A DNA stretch of 64,000 nucleotides from the human T2T-CHM13v2.0 reference genome, Homo sapiens. The position numbers and the translations under genes are program-made. The notes below the pieces were generated by a model. The model saw only the letters and a list, made by a program, of their open reading frames with translations, did no database searches and had not been told where the DNA came from. Positions within the stretch are counted from its first letter, which is position 1, and each line of letters opens with the position of its first letter. Of this stretch, positions 1 to 9,713 are shown one piece after another. Location: assembly GCF_009914755.1 (NCBI RefSeq), contig NC_060932.1; one strand, given 5' to 3'.

Positions 1-386
1 TATGCTGAAAAAGGAAATATCTTCCGACAAAAACTAGACAGAAGCATTCGCAGAATCACGTTTGTGATGTGTGCACTCAACTGTCAGAATTGAACCTTGG
101 TTTGGACAGAGCACTTTTGAAACACTCTTTTTGTAGAATCTGCAGGTGGATATTTGGCTAGCTTTGAGGATTTCGTTGGAAACGGTAATGTCTTCAAAGA
201 AAATCTAGACAGAAGCATTCTCAGAAACAACTTCGTGATGTTTGCAATCAAGTCACAGAGTTGAACCTTCCGTTTCATAGAGCAGGTTGGAAACACTCTT
301 TTTGTAGTATCTGGAAGTGGACATTTGGAGGGCTTTGTAGCCTATGTGGAAAAAGGAAATATCTTCCCATGAATGCGAGATAGAAG
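1..386 (+). repeat. 3' part of a 7-mer HOR (end of monomer e, monomer f, hybrid g/k)
   Basis: Contains CATTCGCAGAATCACG, TTCGTTGGAAACGGTAATG and the hybrid monomer ending CATGAATGCGAGATAGAAG, as at 9328-9713. Confidence 0.93.
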
Positions 387-512
387 TAATCTCAGAAACA
401 TGTTTATGCTGTATCTACTCAACTAACTGTGCTGAACATTTCTATTGATAGAGCAGTTTTGAGACACTCTTCTTTTGGAATCTGCAAGTGGATATTTGGA
501 GAGATTTGAGGA

Positions 513-529
513 TTTCGTTGGAAACGGGA
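513..529 (+). promoter_or_regulatory. CENP-B box (representative; in the 8-mer also at 852, 1193, 1531)
   Basis: TTTCGTTGGAAACGGGA matches the 17-bp NTTCGNNNNANNCGGGN CENP-B recognition consensus; recurs about every 340 bp in 8-mers. Confidence 0.95.
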
Positions 530-1022
530 TTATATATAAAAAGTAGACAGCAGCATTCTCAGAAACTTCTTTGTGATGTTTGCATCCAGCTCTCAGAGTT
601 GAACATTCCCTTTCATAGAGTAGGTTTGAAACCCTCTTTTTATAGTGTCTGGAAGCGGGCATTTGGAGCGCTTTCAGGCCTATGCTTAAAATAGGAAATA
701 TCTACCTACAGAAACTAGACAGAAGCATTCTGAGAATCTCGTTTGTGATGTGGGTACTCAACTAACAGTGTTGATCCATTCTTTTGATACAGCAGTTTTG
801 AACCACACTTTTTGTAGAATCTGCAAGAGGATATTTGGATAGCTGTGAGGATTTCGTTGGAAACGGGAATGTCTTCAAAGAAAATCTAGACAGAAACATT
901 CTCAGAAACACCTTCGTGATGTTTGCAATCAAGTCACAGAGTTGAACCTTCCGTTTCATAGAGCAGGTTGGAAACACTCTTATTGTAGTATCTGGAAGTG
1001 GACATTTGGAGCGCTTTCAGGC

Positions 1023-1039
1023 CTATGGTGAAAAAGGAA
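1023..1039 (+). promoter_or_regulatory. pJalpha (A-box) motif of box-less monomers (representative)
   Basis: CTATGGTGAAAAAGGAA at the position equivalent to the CENP-B box in monomers g and i; variant forms in b, e and k. Confidence 0.8.
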
Positions 1040-4000
1040 ATATCTTCCCATAAAAACAACATAGAAGCTATCTCAGGAACTTGTTTATGAGGCATCTAAT
1101 CAACTAACAGTGTTGAACCTTTGTACTGACAGAGCAGTTTGAAACACTCTTTTTTTGGAATCTGCAAGTGGATATTTGGATCGCTTTGAGGATTTCGTTG
1201 GAAACGGGATGCAATATAAAACGTACACAGCAGCATACTCAGAAAATTCTTTGCCATATTTCCATTCAAGTCACAGAGTGGAACATTCCCATTCATAGAG
1301 CAGGTTGGAAACACTCTTTTTGGAGTATCTGGAAGTGGACATTTGGAGCGCTTTCTGAACTATGGTGAAAAAGGAAATATCTTCCAATGAAAACAAGACA
1401 GAAGCATTCTGAGAAACTTATTTGTGATGTGTGTCCTCAACAAACGGACTTGAACCTTTCGTTTCATGCAGTACTTCTGGAACACTCTTTTTGAAGATTC
1501 TGCATGCGGATATTTGGATAGCTTTGAGGATTTCGTTGGAAACGGGCTTACATGTAAAAATTAGACAGCAGCATTCTCAGAAACTTCTTTGTGGTGTCTG
1601 CATTCAAGTCACAGAATTGAACATCCCCTCACATAGAGCAGTTGTGCAGCACTCTATTTGTAGTATCTGGAAGTGGACATTTGGAGGGCTTTGTAGCCTA
1701 TCTGGAAAAAGGAAATATCTTCCCATGAATGCGAGATAGAAGTAATCTCAGAAACATGTTTATGCTGTATCTACTCAACTAACTGTGCTGAACATTTCTA
1801 TTGATAGAGCAGTTTTGAGACACTCTTCTTTTGGAATCTGCAAGTGGATATTTGGATAGATTTGAGGATTTCGTTGGAAACGGGATTATATATAAAAAGT
1901 AGACAGCAGCATTCTCAGAAACTTCTTTGTGATGTTTGCATCCAGCTCTCAGAGTTGAACATTCCCTTTCATAGAGTAGGTTTGAAACCCTCTTTTTATA
2001 GTGTCTGGAAGCGGGCATTTGGAGCGCTTTCAGGCCTATGCTGAAAAAGGAAATATCTACCTATAGAAACTAGACAGAAGCATTCTGAGAATCACGTTTG
2101 TGATGTGGGTACTCAACTAACAGTGTTGATCCATTCTTTTGATACAGCAGTTTTGAACCACACTTTTTGTAGAATCTGCAAGAGGATATTTGGATAGCTG
2201 TGAGGATTTCGTTGGAAACGGGAATGTCTTCAAAGAAAATCTAGACAGAAGCATTCTCAGAAACACCTTCGTGATGTTTGCAATCAAGTCACAGAGTTGA
2301 ACCTTCCGTTTCATAGAGCAGGTTGGAAACACTCTTATTGTAGTATCTGGAAGTGGACATTTGGAGCGCTTTCAGGCCTATGGTGAAAAAGGAAATATCT
2401 TCCCATAAAAACGACATAGAAGCTATCTCAGGAACTTGTTTATGATGCATCTAATCAACTAACAGTGTTGAACCTTTCTACTGACAGAGCAGTTTGAAAC
2501 ACTCTTTTTTTGGAATCTGCAAGTGGATATTTGGATCGCTTTGAGGATTTCGTTGGAAACGGGATGCAATATAAAACGTACACAGCAGCATACTCAGAAA
2601 ATACTTTGCCATATTTCCATTCAAGTCACAGAGTGGAACATTCCCATTCATAGAGCAGGTTGGAAACACTCTTTTTGGAGTATCTGGAAGTGGACATTTG
2701 GAGCGCTTTCTGAACTATGGTGAAAAAGGAAATATCTTCCAATGAAAACAAGACAGAAGCATTCTGAGAAACTTATTTGTGATGTGTGTCCTCAACAAAC
2801 GGACTTGAACCTTTCGTTTCATGCAGTACTTCTGGAACACTCTTTTTGAAGATTCTGCATGCGGATATTTGGATAGCTTTGAGGATTTCGTTGGAAACGG
2901 GCTTACATGTAAAAATTAGACAGCAGCATTCTCAGAAACTTCTTTGTGGTGTCTGCATTCAAGTCACAGAATTGAACTTCCCCTCACATAGAGCAGTTGT
3001 GCAGCACTCTATTTGTAGTATCTGGAAGTGGACATTTGGAGGGCTTTGTAGCCTATGTGGAAAAAGGAAATATCTTCCCATGAATGCGAGATAGAAGTAA
3101 TCTCAGAAACATGTTTATGCTGTATCTACTCAACTAACTGTGCTGAACATTTCTATTGATAGAGCAGTTTTGAGACACTCTTCTTTTGGAATCTGCAAGT
3201 GGATATTTGGATAGATTTGAGGATTTCGTTGGAAACGGGATTATATATAAAAAGTAGACAGCAGCATTCTCAGAAACTTCTTTGTGATGTTTGCATCCAG
3301 CTCTCAGAGTTGAACATTCCCTTTCATAGAGTAGGTTTGAAACCCTCTTTTAATAGTGTCTGGAAGCGGGCATTTGGAGCGCTTTCAGGCCTATGCTTAA
3401 AATAGGAAATATCTACCTACAGAAACTAGACAGAAGCATTCTGAGAATCACGTTTGTGATGTGGGTACTCAACTAACAGTGTTGATCTATTCTTTTGATA
3501 CAGCAGTTTTGAACCACACTTTTTGTAGAATCTGCAAGAGGATATTTGGATAGCTGTGAGGATTTCGTTGGAAACGGGAATGTCTTCAAAGAAAATCTAG
3601 ACAGAAGCATTCTCAGAAATACCTTCGTGATGTTTGCAATCAAGTCACAGAGTTGAACCTTCCGTTTCATAGAGCAGGTTGGAAACACTCTTATTGTAGT
3701 ATCTGGAAGTGGACATTTGGAGCGCTTTCAGGCCTATGGTGAAAAAGGAAATATCTTCCCATAAAAACGATATAGAAGCTATCTCAGGAACTTGTTTATG
3801 ATGCATCTAATCAACTAACAGTGTTGAACCTTTGTACTGACAGAGCAGTTTGAAACACTCTTTTTTTGGAATCTGCAAGTGGATATTTGGATCGCTTTGA
3901 GGATTTCGTTGGAAACGGGATGCAATATAAAACGTACACAGCAGCATACTCAGAAAATACTTTGCCATATTTCCATTCAAGTCACAGAGTGGAACATTCC

Positions 4001-7000
4001 CATTCATAGAGCAGGTTGGAAACACTCTTTTTGGAGTATCTGGAAGTGGACATTTGGAGCGCTTTCTGAACTATGGTGAAAAAGGAAATATCTTCCAATG
4101 AAAACAAGACAGAAGCATTCTGAGAAACTTATTTGTGATGTGTGTCCTCAACAAACGGACTTGAACCTTTCGTTTCATGCAGTACTTCTGGAACACTCTT
4201 TTTGAAGATTCTGCATGCGGATATTTGGATAGCTTTGAGGATTTCGTTGGAAACGGGCTTACATGTAAAAATTAGACAGCAGCATTCTCAGAAACTTCTT
4301 TGTGGTGTCTGCATTCAAGTCACAGAATTGAACTTCCCCTCACATAGAGCAGTTGTGCAGCACTCTATTTGTAGTATCTGGAAGTGGACATTTGGAGGGC
4401 TTTGTAGCCTATCTGGAAAAAGGAAATATCTTCCCATGAATGCGAGATAGAAGTAATCTGAGAAACATGTTTATGCTGTATCTACTCAACTAACTGTGCT
4501 GAACATTTCTATTGATAGAGCAGTTTTGAGACACTCTTCTTTTGGAATCTGCAAGTGGATATTTGGATAGATTTGAGGATTTCGTTGGAAACGGGATTAT
4601 ATATAAAAAGTAGACAGCAGCATTCTCAGAAACTTCTTTGTGATGTTTGCATCCAGCTCTCAGAGTTGAACATTCCCTTTCATAGAGTAGGTTTGAAACC
4701 CTCTTTTTATAGTGTCTGGAAGCGGGCATTTGGAGCGCTTTCAGGCCTATGCTGAAAAAGGAAATATCTACCTATAGAAACTAGACAGAAGCATTCTGAG
4801 AATCACGTTTGTGATGTGGGTACTCAACTAACAGTGTTGATCCATTCTTTTGATACAGCAGTTTTGAACCACACTTTTTGTAGAATCTGCAAGAGGATAT
4901 TTGGATAGCTGTGAGGATTTCGTTGGAAACGGGAATGTCTTCAAAGAAAATCTAGACAGAAGCATTCTCAGAAACACCTTCGTGATGTTTGCAATCAAGT
5001 CACAGAGTTGAACCTTCCGTTTCATAGAGCAGGTTGGAAACACTCTTATTGTAGTATCTGGAAGTGGACATTTGGAGCGCTTTCAGGCCTATGGTGAAAA
5101 AGGAAATATCTTCCCATAAAAACGACATAGAAGCTATCTCAGGAACTTGTTTATGATGCATCTAATCAACTAACAGTGTTGAACCTTTCTACTGACAGAG
5201 CAGTTTGAAACACTCTTTTTTTGGAATCTGCAAGTGGATATTTGGATCGCTTTGAGGATTTCGTTGGAAACGGGATGCAATATAAAACGTACACAGCAGC
5301 ATACTCAGAAAATACTTTGCCATATTTCCATTCAAGTCACAGAGTGGAACATTCCCATTCATAGAGCAGGTTGGAAACACTCTTTTTGGAGTATCTGGAA
5401 GTGGACATTTGGAGCGCTTTCTGAACTATGGTGAAAAAGGAAATATCTTCCAATGAAAACAAGACAGAAGCATTCTGAGAAACTTATTTGTGATGTGTGT
5501 CCTCAACAAACGGACTTGAACCTTTCGTTTCATGCAGTACTTCTGGAACACTCTTTTTGAAGATTCTGCATGCGGATATTTGGATAGCTTTGAGGATTTC
5601 GTTGGAAACGGGCTTACATGTAAAAATTAGACAGCAGCATTCTCAGAAACTTCTTTGTGGTGTCTGCATTCAAGTCACAGAATTGAACTTCCCCTCACAT
5701 AGAGCAGTTGTGCAGCACTCTATTTGTAGTATCTGGAAGTGGACATTTGGAGGGCTTTGTAGCCTATGTGGAAAAAGGAAATATCTTCCCATGAATGCGA
5801 GATAGAAGTAATCTCAGAAACATGTTTATGCTGTATCTACTCAACTAACTGTGCTGAACATTTCTATTGATAGAGCAGTTTTGAGACACTCTTCTTTTGG
5901 AATCTGCAAGTGGATATTTGGATAGATTTGAGGATTTCGTTGGAAACGGGATTATATATAAAAAGTAGACAGCAGCATTCTCAGAAACTTCTTTGTGATG
6001 TTTGCATCCAGCTCTCAGAGTTGAACATTCCCTTTCATAGAGTAGGTTTGAAACCCTCTTTTAATAGTGTCTGGAAGCGGGCATTTGGAGCGCTTTCAGG
6101 CCTATGCTTAAAATAGGAAATATCTACCTACAGAAACTAGACAGAAGCATTCTGAGAATCACGTTTGTGATGTGGGTACTCAACTAACAGTGTTGATCTA
6201 TTCTTTTGATACAGCAGTTTTGAACCACACTTTTTGTAGAATCTGCAAGAGGATATTTGGATAGCTGTGAGGATTTCGTTGGAAACGGGAATGTCTTCAA
6301 AGAAAATCTAGACAGAAGCATTCTCAGAAATACCTTCGTGATGTTTGCAATCAAGTCACAGAGTTGAACCTTCCGTTTCATAGAGCAGGTTGGAAACACT
6401 CTTATTGTAGTATCTGGAAGTGGACATTTGGAGCGCTTTCAGGCCTATGGTGAAAAAGGAAATATCTTCCCATAAAAACGATATAGAAGCTATCTCAGGA
6501 ACTTGTTTATGATGCATCTAATCAACTAACAGTGTTGAACCTTTGTACTGACAGAGCAGTTTGAAACACTCTTTTTTTGGAATCTGCAAGTGGATATTTG
6601 GATCGCTTTGAGGATTTCGTTGGAAACGGGATGCAATATAAAACGTACACAGCAGCATACTCAGAAAATACTTTGCCATATTTCCATTCAAGTCACAGAG
6701 TGGAACATTCCCATTCATAGAGCAGGTTGGAAACACTCTTTTTGGAGTATCTGGAAGTGGACATTTGGAGCGCTTTCTGAACTATGGTGAAAAAGGAAAT
6801 ATCTTCCAATGAAAACAAGACAGAAGCATTCTGAGAAACTTATTTGTGATGTGTGTCCTCAACAAACGGACTTGAACCTTTCGTTTCATGCAGTACTTCT
6901 GGAACACTCTTTTTGAAGATTCTGCATGCGGATATTTGGATAGCTTTGAGGATTTCGTTGGAAACGGGCTTACATGTAAAAATTAGACAGCAGCATTCTC

Positions 7001-8520
7001 AGAAACTTCTTTGTGGTGTCTGCATTCAAGTCACAGAATTGAACTTCCCCTCACATAGAGCAGTTGTGCAGCACTCTATTTGTAGTATCTGGAAGTGGAC
7101 ATTTGGAGGGCTTTGTAGCCTATCTGGAAAAAGGAAATATCTTCCCATGAATGCGAGATAGAAGTAATCTCAGAAACATGTTTATGCTGTATCTACTCAA
7201 CTAACTGTGCTGAACATTTCTATTGATAGAGCAGTTTTGAGACACTCTTCTTTTGGAATCTGCAAGTGGATATTTGGATAGATTTGAGGATTTCGTTGGA
7301 AACGGGATTATATATCAAAAGTAGACAGCAGCATTCTCAGAAACTTCTTTGTGATGTTTGCATCCAGCTCTCAGAGTTGAACATTCCCTTTCATAGAGTA
7401 GGTTTGAAACCCTCTTTTTATAGTGTCTGGAAGCGGGCATTTGGAGCGCTTTCAGACCTATGCTTAAAATAGGAAATATCTACCTACAGAAACTAGACAG
7501 AAGCATTCTGAGAATCTCGTTTGTGATGTGGGTACTCAACTAACAGTGTTGATCCATTCTTTTGATACAGCAGTTTTGAACCACACTTTTTGTAGAATCT
7601 GCAAGAGGATATTTGGATAGCTGTGAGGATTTCGTTGGAAACGGGAATGTCTTCAAAGAAAATCTAGACAGAAACATTCTCAGAAACACCTTCGTGATGT
7701 TTGCAATCAAGTCACAGAGTTGAACCTTCCGTTTCATAGAGCAGGTTGGAAACACTCTTATTGTAGTATCTGGAAGTGGACATTTGGAGCGCTTTCAGGC
7801 CTATGGTGAAAAAGGAAATATCTTCCCATAAAAGCGACATAGAAGCTATCTCAGGAACTTGTTTATGAGGCATCTAATCAACTAACAGTGTTGAACCTTT
7901 GTACTGACAGAGCAGTTTGAAACACTCTTTTTTTGGAATCTGCAAGTGGATATTTGGATCGCTTTGAGGATTTCGTTGGAAACGGGATGCAATATAAAAC
8001 GTACACAGCAGCATACTCAGAAAATTCTTTGCCATATTTCCATTCAAGTCACAGAGTGGAACATTCCCATTCATAGAGCAGGTTGGAAACACTCTTTTTG
8101 GAGTATCTGGAAGTGGACATTTGGAGCGCTTTCTGAACTATGGTGAAAAAGGAAATATCTTCCAATGAAAACAAGACAGAAGCATTCTGAGAAACTTATT
8201 TGTGATGTGTGTCCTCAACAAACGGACTTGAACCTTTCGTTTCATGCAGTACTTCTGGAACACTCTTTTTGAAGATTCTGCATGCGGATATTTGGATAGC
8301 TTTGAGGATTTCGTTGGAAACGGGCTTACATGTAAAAATTAGACAGCAGCATTCTCAGAAACTTCTTTGTGGTGTCTGCATTCAAGTCACAGAATTGAAC
8401 ATCCCCTCACATAGAGCAGTTGTGCAGCACTCTATTTGTAGTATCTGGAAGTGGACATTTGGAGGGCTTTGTAGCCTATGTGGAAAAAGGAAATATCTTC
8501 CCATGAATGCGAGATAGAAG

Positions 8521-9713
8521 TAATCTCAGAAACATGTTTATGCTGTATCTACTCAACTAACTGTGCTGAACATTTCTATTGATAGAGCAGTTTTGAGACA
8601 CTCTTCTTTTGGAATCTGCAAGTGGATATTTGGATAGATTTGAGGATTTCGTTGGAAACGGGATTATATATAAAAAGTAGACAGCAGCATTCTCAGAAAC
8701 TTCTTTGTGATGTTTGCATCCAGCTCTCAGAGTTGAACATTCCCTTTCATAGAGTAGGTTTGAAACCCTCTTTTTATAGTGTCTGGAAGCGGGCATTTGG
8801 AGCGCTTTCAGGCCTATGCTGAAAAAGGAAATATCTACCTATAGAAACTAGACAGAAGCATTCTGAGAATCACGTTTGTGATGTGGGTACTCAACTAACA
8901 GTGTTGATCCATTCTTTTGATACAGCAGTTTTGAACCACACTTTTTGTAGAATCTGCAAGTGGATATTTGGATAGCTGTGAGGATTTCGTTGGAAACGGG
9001 AATGTCTTCATAGAAAATTTAGACAGAAGCATTCTCAGAACCTTGATTGTGATGTGTGTTCTCCACTAACAGAGTTGAACCTTTCTTTTGACAGAACTGT
9101 TCTGAAACATTCTTTTTATAGAATCTGGAAGTGGATATTTGGAAAGCTTTGAGGATTTCGTTGGAAACGGGAATATCTTCAAATCAAATCTAGCCAGAAG
9201 CATTCTAAGAAACATCTTAGGGATGTTTACATTCAAGTCACAGAGTTGAACATTCCCTTTCACAGAGCAGGTTTGAAACAATCTTCTCGTACTATCTGGC
9301 AGTGGACATTTTGAGCTCCTTGGGGCCTATGCTGAAAAAGGAAATATCTTCCGACAAAAACTAGACAGAAGCATTTGCAGAATCACGTTTGTGATGTGTG
9401 CACTCAACTGTCAGAATTGAACCTTGGTTTGGACAGAGCACTTTTGAAACACTCTTTTTGTAGAATCTGCAGGTGGATATTTGGCTAGCTTTGAGGATTT
9501 CGTTGGAAACGGTAATGTCTTCAAAGAAAATCTAGACAGAAGCATTCTCAGAAACACCTTCGTGATGTTTGCAATCAAGTCACAGAGTTGAACCTTCCGT
9601 TTCATAGAGCAGGTTGGAAACACTCTTTTTGTAGTATCTGGAAGTGGACATTTGGAGGGCTTTGTAGCCTATGTGGAAAAAGGAAATATCTTCCCATGAA
9701 TGCGAGATAGAAG
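8521..9713 (+). repeat. Representative 7-mer HOR (1193 bp): a 8521-8687, b 8688-8858, c 8859-9029, d 9030-9200, e 9201-9371, f 9372-9542, g/k hybrid 9543-9713
   Basis: Monomer starts read directly; 167+6x171=1193. Monomers d (CATTCTCAGAACCTTGATTG) and e (CATTCTAAGAAACATCTTAGGG) occur only in this unit type. Confidence 0.95.
9498..9514 (+). promoter_or_regulatory. Degenerate CENP-B box of monomer f (CGGG>CGGT), present in every 7-mer
   Basis: TTTCGTTGGAAACGGTA; the changed G is one of the nine core positions of the box consensus. Confidence 0.88.

Larger units (their letters stand above)
387..1742 (+). repeat. Representative 8-mer HOR (1356 bp): a 387-553, b 554-725, c/f hybrid 726-896, g 897-1067, h 1068-1233, i 1234-1404, j 1405-1571, k 1572-1742
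   Basis: Monomer starts read directly; lengths 167+172+171+171+166+171+167+171=1356; box and no-box monomers strictly alternate. Confidence 0.95.
387..8520 (+). repeat. Run of six 8-mer HORs (starts 387, 1743, 3098, 4454, 5809, 7165)
   Basis: Anchor spacings 1356, 1355, 1356, 1355, 1356, 1356. Confidence 0.95.

Noticed and set aside
529-543. TATA-like TTATATATAAAAAG in monomer a
   Set aside because: An AT-rich part of the repeat present in most units; sequence alone gives no evidence of promoter function.
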